Assembly (NCBI GenBank): GCA_051530055.1
Contig: CM121341.1
Span: 18,826,784-18,890,783 of the forward strand
Origin: Neoechinorhynchus agilis
Taxonomy: Eukaryota > Animalia > Acanthocephala
Reading direction: 5' to 3'
DNA: 64,000 nucleotides
The position numbers were made by a program, and so were the translations under genes. This document shows, in pieces, positions 48,345 through 59,777 of the stretch (positions are counted from its first letter, which is position 1; each line of letters starts with the position of its first letter). The notes beneath the pieces are model-generated. The model searched no databases, was not told the origin of the DNA, and saw nothing but the letters and a program-made list of their open reading frames with translations.

Positions 48345-50110
48345 GATTTTTGTTAAAGTACAAAACGTGCAATCACCACCGTCCGCAAAATTGGAGCTTC
48401 TCTCCTTCCTCGGCTGTCGCTATCACACTAGCAGCATTGCCTCGTTGTACTGCAAGCGAGATATTTTGTCGCAGGAATACACCTGCTCGTGTGTCGCCGG
48501 TCGTTTCTCTCAATTTCTCCGAGAGATCCTGGTGCAGAGTGAGTGTCGAGCTGCCAAGTGCTCCATACGTCTCTACTCCGAAGGGGACAAAATAGTGGGC
48601 CCTTGCTAATTCTCTATATTTTCGTACCTTCCTCTCTTCCGCTGCACCTTCAGGGATTTCGAGAGAGTACGGAATGTTGCTTACTGCGAGAGAAGCCATT
48701 TACCTTCCCGCCACGGAAAGACCGAAATTAAGTCAGGTCGACGATCGTCTAGTCGACAAAGATTGGCGGGTTCCAAAATGTAGGGGAAGTTCGCCGTTCT
48801 CAACGCCCGAGAAATTATGCTATTGATCTCAGACTGGCGTGAGAACCTTCCCCCTGACTTTCGGCAAACGAGACCGTGTCGCCCGAAAGCATCAACCAAA
48901 GACCCACATCGACAGCGATGGGGCGTGCATATCGAGAGACAAAGTTTTAAGGATACTGCGATCCTCGTTACCTCATCAGTGAGACGAGTTCCCACATATG
49001 CCACAGGAACAGCCTCCAACCACGCCCCCGATTCTCGTGTCGAAACTGCCAACAATCTAGCTCGGACGACCCCATCGCGAGAACCTGAAAGTAGAGAGCT
49101 GTGAGCTCTCGCGACAAGAGTTCCGTCCCAGATCGACTGTCTGAGGCCATTCACGGGAACATGGTTAGCGCCTGTCTGCTGGCACATTCTTCAACTGCTA
49201 CCACAAAGTCTTGGTCAAGAAAAAACCTTCCCCTCAGAATTTTCTTAGCTATCGGTTGACTCCCCTCATACGATCCAACAAAGGCTGACAAGGCAAGGTT
49301 TCAACCGAGAGAGCGCTCACCCCATCGCACAGCAACGAAAGTTTCGGTATGATACGGCCGATCTCAACTTCCACATTTGAATCAAAGACGCAACTACCCA
49401 GGAGGCTGAGTTGCTCTCGAGTCACGAGTTTCAGACCTGGAGCTACGGCCTCGAACCCATCCATTAGCTCCTTGACTTTGGCGGCGTCTTCGATATTTAA
49501 TACTAAGAGCTCACACTTTCCAGCATTGAGCTCAATGCATATTCTCGAGGTCTCCCTAATCAGCATCTCCAAATCGCGCAGTACAACGGAGGGATAACAT
49601 CCGAGCGTAACGTCATCCAAGTACCAAGCGTTGAAGCTGGAATGGAGAGGGTGCGCTATTTGATTTACTGTTAGGGAGAATGCGATTGAGAGGATCTCCT
49701 TGCTGCACTCCTCTTTCGGACCAAATGAGGTGGTCTTCGAAAAGCAAAGGAGTCGCGGTTCCGTAGGCTTTGAGAAAATACTGGAAGGTTTTTCCTTGAT
49801 TGTTGATGTCAAAGACACCCCAGAATCATCACTAGTGCAAGGGACTAAGCGCGCGAATGCGAAGAGCCTTGTCCATGATGGCGTACAGTTCTTTTGGAGG
49901 CAATCGTTGAGCAATCCCGTGAATGCTTTGGCGACCTGATATCGTGCGCCCTTTGGGATACGTTTCGGGGCGTTCCTGGGCAGAACCCGCACGATATCAG
50001 ATATCGAAATAGAGTCAGTGGTGATCCGAGAGGTCCCAGGCATAAACAGATCGGTTGATTGTGGTGGAGAACCAGACCCGCTACAGCGGGATTTCGGGGA
50101 GCATGGGCAA
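48345..50110 (-). mobile_element. CRE-like family A element with internal deletions
   Basis: N-terminal PKRIPKGARYQVAK..WTRLFAF, RT WYLDDVTL, zinc motif and RLE domain. Confidence 0.9.
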
Positions 50111-50679
50111 ACAAAATCCCCAAATTGGTTAATTTAAAAGACTTACCGCACGTTGGTCTTCTCAGGTTGAGCGCGATCGATAAGTTGCGCGTTCAAGGTG
50201 TGTGCGTCAGTGTTTGGATTAATATAATTTAGGCCTGGTGTCCCGGCAGCGTTTGGCGTTTCCTCGGTCTTTTCACTTGGCTCATTTTCGGCGGGCAAGT
50301 TTCCGTCTTCATATTGTTGTCCAGCATCCAGGTTCCGAGCGAAGCGAGGGGACGGCATCGGTTGTGGGGGCGTTAAAGCTTCCAAAATATCGTCTAATCG
50401 TAGTTTCCTAATTTTAGATAGTTCAGAGCTTTGAAGCCTTCTAATTCTTATACGGATTTGAAGTATAACGACAAGACAACCATTCGGGATAAGAGCACCA
50501 CAAATCGAGGAAAGCGCACCATTCCTGTTAAACTACATCTCTGGTCAACGCAATATTTTCAGTCATCCAGATCCACCAACGTTTGACATTATTCACCAAG
50601 GTTCGATCGAGATGTCGAAATTTTTTTGGAAAATGCAGAAGATAACACTATAAATAATTGTGCACCTGCGCCCGACTTT

Positions 50680-51102
50680 GATGATTTCACTTTTATTTTC
50701 AATGAGTCCACCAAATATTGATGATTTCAATAACAACCATTCATCGATTGGAAATGAAGAATATTGTTACCTCCACCAGGCTTTGAAAATTGCGCATTTA
50801 CTCATCGCGATAACGAACCAGAAAACGAAAGATACTTCTCAACTCCACCAGACTTCGAGAACGTGGCTTTTGATTGTAACGATTCACGATCAGGAATAGA
50901 CGAATACGGCTCACCTCTTCTCAATTTTGGGAATCTGGCTTTTAATCACGAGGAGTCATGGAATGGAAACGAAGATTACTACGAATCGTTTCTCGATTTT
51001 CAGGAATCAGCCGTGATCTTCTATGAATCGTCGTTCGAATTCGAAAAATACTGCGATAAAAAGGCTATTCGGATATCATACGAATCAATCACGAGAATTT
51101 GA
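50680..51102 (+). other. ORF-like segment with imperfect PPxF(D/E)NxAF repeats
   Basis: APDFDDFTF, PPNIDDF, PPPGFENCAF, TPPDFENVAF, SPLLNFGNLAF across shifted frames. Confidence 0.4.
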
Positions 51103-51409
51103 ACACCAGGGCTCATGACGACCGATTAAGACGCTTAATATCGAGCCATTCACTGATAGATTAAAACAAAGCAGCGAAAAAGAGAACGGAATCGAGGTCG
51201 GAAGCAATAGATAGAGAATGCAGGAAATGACAAAAATATGCAAAAAACGACAGCATCCCCTCCTATCAAAAGCCAACCAGGAAGAAGTCAACGATATCGA
51301 AGACGTCCTGGAAGACCTCATGAAGAATATCTTAAAGGGTAGGAATAGGCGGGATGTGCAGATTGGCATGTTTTAAAGATTGGTGAATTTATTAAAATTA
51401 AATTAAGAT

Positions 51410-52800
51410 TGTCAATTGAATTCGAATTTTCGACCCTTTCGTGGGTCTTCATCAGGATATCTAAAAAAGGAGAGGTTACTAATCCCAGTCCGCAATATCA
51501 ACTGGTAATCAGCTTTGTTGCCTTCCATCGTGTCGCGAACGTGCATGTGTATCGATTAAACGATAACACGCGAATATCGATCGTCACTACGCATCAAGAT
51601 TTTGACATCTATACGGGCAGCCTCTTTTTTTAAAAAGGATTTTCCAAAAATCAATTTCTGATTTCAAACAATATTGATCAGAACAGTAATTGTAGGCCCT
51701 ACGAAATAGTGCGGCCATTCTGCTAATTTTGTATTTTATTGGCTGGACAGATATCCATGGAACAGGCTGATTGGGGATACCAGGTTTTCGAAAAACCTTC
51801 GTATTAAAAACGTTAGTTCGCTCAACCAGGACATCTAGGAAAGGAAGTGATTTACATTCCTTCACATCAGCACTCCACTGAATCGAAGAATCTGGACGAT
51901 TTAAAATGTCACAGATTGACTATTCGCCAATAGAGCTGTCCACGAGGAGAAATGTATCATCAACATATTGTAACCATAATTATACAAATGTGAAATTACA
52001 TACATTGGCATCTTCCCAGTGGCGCATGTAGATTTCTGCCAGAATTGGGGCGATAGGACTACCCATGGCTAATCCATTAACCTGATCGTAATGTGCACCA
52101 TTGTACTGGAAATTATTTTCCTTCGTACAGAAAGTTAAAAGCTTCATCCGATCTGATACAGTAAGATTCCAGCCTTCATTATTTTCCAAGAGGAAAGAGA
52201 TAGCCAAATCGATGGCTTTCTCGACCGGAATTTTCGTGAATAGAGAGGTTACATCTGCAGAGATCATTCTGTGATCTATAAAATGCGTTTTAGTCCGAAG
52301 GACTTCAAGAAACTCAATCCCGGATGCAACAGCTTTATTACTGTGAGGTATAATCCTTTTTAGCATATTTGCAATGGACCGCGATAGAGAAGTGGTGTAT
52401 GTAGAGTGCGCGGCAATAATTGGTCTTAATTTTATGGGGTTTTTATGTACTTTGGCAAGGACGTACATTTTGGGGGTATGGGCACCAACTGATCTATTAG
52501 ATTTATAGAGATCATCACTCATCTTATTTTTTTGCTTTTTTAAATTGAGGAGAAAAGTGTTGAGAGCCTTTTCTCGTTTTTCCGTATGGCAATTTGGTAA
52601 TTTTTCAAATTCTAGACCTAATAAAATATCATTTGTAAGTGATTCTAATTGAGTGTCATTCATGACACAAAAACCATGGCCTTTATCTGTTTTAAGAATA
52701 TTTATACCTTTGATATTTTTTAAAATTTGGATCCCACGTCGCATTCGTGTTGGCAAATTCGAGCTGTTTTGTTGTAGGGAATTATTGTACGCATTTTCGA
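51410..52800 (-). mobile_element. Penelope-like element (RT, thumb, GIY-YIG tail, pLTR), internally deleted
   Basis: ILKTDKG, SADVTSLFTKIP, GLAMGSPIAP, QYVDDTF, LPFLDVLV, TMEGNKADY. Confidence 0.9.
51418..51455 (-). ncRNA. Hammerhead ribozyme (PLE pLTR)
   Basis: Minus strand CTGATGA a GACCC acgaaa GGGTC GAA AATTCGAATT C; 10-nt palindromic stem III; stem I partner not evident. Confidence 0.75.
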
Positions 52801-52803
52801 TTT

Positions 52804-52993
52804 GCAACCGGAGATTCAAGAGCAGGCGTATTCCTTCGACAAAATATCTCGCTGGCAGTACAACGGGGCAATACTGCCAGCGTGATGGCGACGGTCGAGG
52901 AAAGACAAAAGCTGGAATTTGGCGGGATGTGGGGAGTGTGTTAATTGTCGAGAGATGAAGATTGATTGAAATAAAATATTTTCGATTAAAAAA
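52804..52993 (+). mobile_element. CRE-like family A 3' fragment with poly(A)
   Basis: ATGDSRAGVFLRQNISLAVQRGNTAS; near-identical to the corresponding part of 25612-25780. Confidence 0.88.
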
Positions 52994-53897
52994 AACTTGA
53001 ATCACCCTTCAGTTTAAGAAGTCGAAATGCTCGAATTCATTTTAAATCACTCGAAAGAGCGCATCGACCCCGATCTATTAAAATAGCGAACGAAACGTGC
53101 ACTCGATTCGACGTTGAAAAACAAAAATTTGTAAATAGGAAAGAAAGCCGGTTTTGTTTTTAGGCGTCGATCGCATTACGTCGACATATTCATTTATTGA
53201 CTTTACGTTTTGTTATCGTCAGAGAATTACCAACGTTCACATAATAAAACGTATTTTAGACTTCAAGAGTTGTTTACAATATACGCGCTTTGTTTTTTAA
53301 AAACATAGAATTATTGAAAAAATTAATCTTCTTTCAATTCTTATTTCGAATGTCTCCGATTGACCGAAAAGCAGAAAGTACTTCAAACTAAAGAAGTTTT
53401 CGACAAATTCGAATTGTTAGACTGAAGCAAGCTGTTATATTTTATTTTACTATTAATGTTGTGAAGTACTAAATAACCGCAGTCTTAAAATAAAATTTAA
53501 ACCTTTTTGGTCCTTTGCTTACACCCTGCAAAGATATGCTCATAGAAATTGGGTTTATTTAACTAATTTTAGTTTCTTAAATACTAGGCGATAGGGGAAC
53601 TTTTAAAGATCCTTGTTCAGTCGCACATCAATCGATTGTCAAATAATATTCTTTTTCTGGACCGATCAACAAGTGCAATGAATAAACCATATCGATTTCC
53701 TTAATTCTGTAAACACGATGAATTGTTCGAAAGTATTGTCAATTAAGATTTGTTCTTTATGTGTAACAACCAGAAAGAAATAATATGTAGAATTAAAAGA
53801 AATATCGGCGTGAAAAAGCATTTGGTATTCCTGATTTCGGGGTCAAAACGTAATTCTTGCGATAATTTGAAAGGCTAATCTCGCCAAAGAATACACA
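52993..53897 (+). repeat. About 905-bp direct repeat, copy 1 (partner 61695-62599)
   Basis: Near-identical from acttgaatcacccttc to gccaaagaatacaca. Confidence 0.9.
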
Positions 53898-53914
53898 GTC
53901 AATATCCTGAAGAC

Positions 53915-54020
53915 TAATCAACATCCGCTTTTTTAAACAACTCTGAAGTCGAGCGTTTATGCGGACCCAAAGGTACATGGGTACTATTCCTTGTATTTTA
54001 ACAAATAAACGTGCTATTAT
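53915..54020 (+). mobile_element. CR1/L2-like 3' end fragment
   Basis: Aligns to 8420-8525, including the stem-loop and aataaa. Confidence 0.7.
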
Positions 54021-55490
54021 AATGTGATTGTTTATTCCGGAGTGGATTACGATTCCGGTCGAACACTAAAGATAGTGGTTAATGCTTGTAAGTTTATAAG
54101 GTTGGGTCTTTAGTCCGATTCATTTCGGATCCTGATATCTGAGAAGATTGGGAGTGTAATAGCACGTATTATTTTAGTCAAAGTTGAGGAACGGTTATAT
54201 CTAGGTCCTCTGGAACACTCGAGTTCTGAACAGCTTAAATGAATGTGGTTGTTTATTTCTCAGTAGATGACGGTTCCAGTTCAACGGGAAAGTTAGTGGT
54301 TATTGTTTATAGGAGAGTTTGTCAGGTTCGGTAGCATCTCCTGCCGTGCAATACATCCAGTGAACCTACCTGATCTCCCATATTTATCCTAAAAGAAAAA
54401 TAATTTACGTGAAACTTTAGTATGGACGAATTTGTTTTGGCATTAAGCTCCAATCGGTCCAGGGCTTTTAACCGCAACTCTGCTTCTCAAAAAATACCCT
54501 CAATAGTTAGCTCTCTGAAAGACCTTCTTGTGCATGTTACCTCAATAAATTGAGCTTCGATGATTTTTAAAAAATCAAAACAAATAATGCAATCGTTATT
54601 TTGAAGTATAAGAGCGCAAATACGCTACTCAGTGACTCAGTATTACGTCACAGATTTTTAAACCTAACCGTCTCGTGTCTTAAACGAATGATAAATTCTA
54701 AACATATACATATTTAGATTTTTGTCACCTAATTCTACAGATTTTCACGGGTTTATTCGTCACTGTAGAATACAATCTCTGTTAGCGGAACTCCATTTTA
54801 TGAATGAGATCGCTGATGCAAATAAACTATTAATCCAACTGAATCTAAACAAAGTATTCGGGACATTAGACAAAGTACTCTTATATAAGATCTTATTTCA
54901 TTTTAATATAAGGTCTTAATATGATTTCTAAGATTCAATACTTGATGGAATCCAAATCTTATTATAAAATATGGCCTTCAACAGAGATCACCTCTTTCAC
55001 TGATCGCCGAGTTGCGGCAGCACAAAATATGCATAATAGGAGCCCCCTTGCATTGAAATCTTAAATGCCATAACTCTGAAAATCGTAGGCACATCGTTAA
55101 GATTTTAGTCTCGTCAATGAAACCCACACTCAAAGATAACGATACATCAACTGTTCCCGAGCTGAGGATCGCATAATCGGTATTGTTGTTATTTTGGCAC
55201 AAATATTTAAAATTAAAAATGTTATATTCCTATTTAATGAGCTTAAAGTCATTTTGATTTTATTATTGTGATGGATTAAACTTAGGAAAATTATTGTCCT
55301 TGACAGATACTTATGACAGATTAACAAATTCTTAGGATAAAATCTCTAAGAGATTCACCAATATCGACAAATGTATTAAAAGGCGGTCCCAACAATAGAC
55401 ATTTCAATCAGAAAGTGTGCAGAAACATGTTGCAACTATCTCTTCCAACATAAATTTGCTTCTATTCCGATGCTTTGCATTTGACAGACA

Positions 55491-55669
55491 AACTGGGGCA
55501 TCGACTGATCAACTCGACCAATGACAGGAGGGCTCGCTCGATCCTAGTGCAGAACATATCCTTGGCTATCAAGCGAGGAAACGCAGCGAGTGTCTTGGGG
55601 ACGGTGAAGGACAATTGAGAATAATATAAGTTTATTTAATAATAATAAAATTACATTTGAAAAAAAAAA
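55491..55669 (+). mobile_element. 179-bp 5'-truncated CRE-like insertion (another family) with poly(A)
   Basis: DRRARSILVQNISLAIKRGNAASVLGT then an A-run; absent at the homologous site in palindrome 1 (gacagaca|tttaaac, about 20368); no clear TSD. Confidence 0.85.
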
Positions 55670-55832
55670 TTTAAACAAACATCACAAATGAGCAAAACTA
55701 CTTTATCCTCTCATTTCCGCACTCAAATAAGAGTTGCAAATATTTATTTGTTTTATAGTTATCAGTTACAAACGCTATACACTTTTACTGGTTTTGTAGC
55801 AACGTTCCGCCCACCCCATAATTTAATTTGAT

Positions 55833-57034
55833 TCACAGTTGTTTCCGCACCGGAGATTCTTCACTGTCATCAGATTTATCATTCTTTGCGGACAATGATT
55901 TTTCTGCTTCATCTGCTTCTGCTTCTTGCATATCTGAGTCTCCATAAAGAATTTTCCAATCAAAGTCGAAACGCTGCAGTTGTTCGACTTTCCTATTAGC
56001 ACCGCTGTTTAAAAAAATCCTCCAATCATAATCGCGGCATTCCTTCGTAGCTTCGGACCAGTCGGTATGCTTATCTTCCTCTTCCTTTTTTTTCATAAGC
56101 TTTATCCATGAAATATGTGCCCGCCGGTGACTTCTGATATTAGATAAAGCGTCTGGTTCCGGTACACCTTCTGCCGTTATTCGCCTTAGGTATCCAGCGT
56201 CATCTTCTTCTTCTGGCTTCATCTCGGTTACTTGAATATATTTCCCGTCATATTCCTCGGACGAAGAAATCATATTTTCCCAGCTATCTTCAAATCTAAT
56301 ATTTTGATCAATTTTGTTTTGATGAACTCGTACTGGCCGCATTTTTCCCTCTAAAGTTCCATCTGAATTGTTGTAAAAATCTCTTGAACTGCAAGCGGTA
56401 GCGGTGGAAGATTCAGCGCTAACAACGTAGTCGCTATCACTTGACGGGATGGGCCGATTTGCTTGGTCATCAAAACTATCGATTCCTGACCAGTCATCAC
56501 TGGGGTCGCTGTGCAAATCTTCAATTGAATTTTCATTTGCAATTTCTTCTTGGGCGTGGTCTGAAAGGATTATATTAGCTTTTAATTAACGAATATTTTA
56601 AACTTACTTGTGGCATTTGGAATTTGTTCCGTGTTTTGAAAATTTTCGTCCGGGGAGGTGTGGTCGGCGGAATTGTTTTCGGGTACAACCTCCGAATTTG
56701 ACTTTTCAATTGTAACAGTACGACTTTTATCGCACACTCGAATGGTATAATCAAAATTCATTTCGTCATTTAACTTTGAATTTGATATTAGATCGCCTAT
56801 ATATTGCCAAGTGATGCTTACCTCATTTTTGAAGCGAACACTGCTAAGTATTGCATTATTAAAGCGGCCTATCAATTCCAGGCACAAGTTCAAATCCGCT
56901 AAGAAATCTGATGATCCCACAAATCCGGTTCGATCGGTTGTGAGAGATTCATGTAGGATGACTCGGTAAGTGAATACATCGTTTCCGCGTGGAAGTATTA
57001 GAAAACGAGGAATATTACAGCTTTGATTGTTCAT
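55833..57034 (-). CDS. Orphan palindrome gene, copy 5
   Basis: Intact two-exon frame; a few aa differences from copy 1. Confidence 0.8.
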
Positions 57035-58566
57035 CTAAAAGAAGATTTACAATTTTTAGGAAATTTCAAATTCGCTCTAATATATGTTTGGAATGCGATA
57101 GCGAAGCCTGATGTGTCCTATCGGTTGATGTTAGTTAGCAATGAGTACAGTTCTAAAGAGAACTGGCTGGATTCCTTTGTTCATATGGAGGAAATGAAGC
57201 TGATTGGTCGCACTTGTTCAGCATATCACGTTTCTTTTTCCATCAAACTTCAAATAAACGCAGTTGTTACATCAATCAATCGGCTTTTAAGTGGTAGACA
57301 CACATCATATATTTGCACTCGGTGAGATCAGATTGTGGTAAATATAAAAAGGCCGCACCGAAAAATCTATTATCTCATTGTTTCTTAACAATGGGAAAAT
57401 ATAGATATTTTCACAGCTGTAGTTTTTATGGCACTTAATGTTCATAATAGACATTGATGGGGATAATTGATGATTACACAAACGTTTTGCTTTATGATGG
57501 GTCATTAAAAGCATTTCGTACAAATGAAATGACTTAATTTTAATACTAATATTTATTCCACACATTTGTATATTAAGTTAAATGTTCAAAGCGAAGATTT
57601 AATGAATTGATGTAATTTGTAACTATATTCTCCATAATTTTAATTGTTGACTGTAGTGTATCATTTTTTGAATATTTCGTTCGGATTTTTAGAAGCGTTG
57701 CTTTTGTCTTGACCTTTTAAATAATTTTTTATTAAAGCCTTTTGGAACATCTTCGGGTTTAATCAATAGTTTCTTTGTAAGTTTTCGCAATTGGGAAAAC
57801 TAAAAAACGAGATTCGAAAACACTTTAATAAAAAAAATTATTTAAAACGCCAAGACCTAAACAACATTTTTAATCATATACCACGGTACATCGCATATCA
57901 ACTGTAGAATTTTCCTTCACGTTGTTAATCTTTTGCCGCGAAGCCTTTCAAAAGATTAGATTGGGCATATATGCTGCCTACTGCTGAAGATGATTTTTTC
58001 TTTTTAGGAGCAAATTTTTTGTCTATGCTTAGCAAATAAATATTAGTTTTAAAATTATGCCATTTCATTGGTGCGAAATGTTTTCAATGTCCTATTATAA
58101 AGCAACACGCAAGTGCAATTATCAATTATACCCATCAATGTTTATTATAAACATTCAGTGCAATATAAACCGCAACCGTGAAAATAGCCATATTTTCTTA
58201 TTTTTTTAAAGAAACATGAAACTTTAAGACGATAGCTTAATTTCTTCGGCCTTTTATATTGACCATAATCTGATCTCACCGAGTGCAAATATATGATGTG
58301 TGTCTACCACTTAAAAGCTGATTGATTGATGTAACAACTGCGGTTATTTGATGTTTGATAGAAAAAGAAACGTGATATGCTGAACAAGTGCGACCAATCA
58401 GCTTCATTTCCTCCATATGAACAAAGGAATCCAGCCAGTTCTCTTTAGAACTACACTCATTGCTAACTAACGTCAACCGATAGGATACACCAGACTTCGC
58501 TATCGCATTCCAAACCTATATTAGAGCGAATTTGAAATTTCCTAAAAATTGTAAATCTTCTTTTAG

Positions 58567-59777
58567 ATGAACAATCAAAGCTGTAATATTCCTCGTTTTC
58601 TAATACTTCCACGCGGAAACGATGTATTCACTTACCGAGTCATCCTACATGAATCTCTCACAACCGATCGAACCGGATTTGTGGGATCATCAGATTTCTT
58701 AGCGGATTTGAACTTGTGCCTGGAATTGATAGGCCGCTTTAATAATGCAATACTTAGCAGTGTTCGCTTCATAAATGAGGTTAGCATCACTAGGGAATAT
58801 ATAGGCGATCTAATATCAAATTCAAAGTTAAATGACGAAATGTATTTTGATTATACCATTCGTGTGTGCGATAAAAGTCGTACTGTTACAATTGAAAAGT
58901 CAAATTCGGAGGTTGTACCCGAAAAAAATTCCGCCGACCACACTTCCCCTTACGAAAATTTTCAAAACACGGAACAAATTCCAAATGCCACAAGTAAGTT
59001 TAAAATATTCTTTAATTAAAAACTAATATAATCCTTTCAGACCACGCCCAAGAAGACATTGCAAATGAGAACCCATTTGAAGATTTGCACAGCGACCCCA
59101 GTGATGACTGGTCAGGAATGGATAGTTTTTATGACCAAACACATCGGCCCATCCCATCAAGTGATAGCGACTACGTTGTTAGCGCTGAATCTTCCACCGC
59201 TACCGCTTGCAGTTCAAAAGATTTTTACAACAATTCAGATGGAACTTTAGAAGGAAAAATGCGGCCAGTACGAGTTCATCAAAACAAAATTGATCAAAAT
59301 ATTAGATTTGAAGATAGCTGGGAAAATATGATTTCTTCGTCCGAGGAATATGATGGGAAATATATTCAAGTAACCGAGATGAAGCCAGAAGAAGAAGATG
59401 ACGCTGGATACCTAAGGCGAATAACGGCAGAAGGTGTACCGGAACCAGACGCTTTATCTAATATCAGAAGTCACCGGCGGGCACATATTTCGTGGATAAA
59501 GCTTATGAAAAAAAAGGAAGAGGAAGATAAGCATATCGACTGGTCCGAAGCTACGAAGGAATGCCGCGATTATGATTGGAGGATTTTTTTAAACAGCGGT
59601 GCTAATAGGAAAGTCGAACAACTGCAGCGTTTCGACTTTGATTGGAAAATTCTTTATGGAGACTCAGATATGCAAGAAGCAGAAGAAGCAGAAGTGGAAG
59701 AAGCAGAAAAATCATTGTCAGCAAAGAATGATAAATCTGATGACAGTGAAGAATCTCCGGTGCGGAAACAACTGTGA
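58567..59777 (+). CDS. Orphan palindrome gene, copy 6
   Basis: Intact; both ORF translations are identical to copy 2. Confidence 0.8.

Noticed and set aside
50130-50385. GTAAGT donor after an ORF upstream of the CRE element, suggesting a spliced host-TE chimera
   Set aside because: A single motif, no confirmed in-phase acceptor; could be the element's own frameshifted N-terminus.
51980-53005. 341-aa ORF that looks like a PLE RT with a novel N-terminal domain
   Set aside because: The N-terminal part is the antisense strand of a CRE 3' fragment; the fusion is fortuitous.
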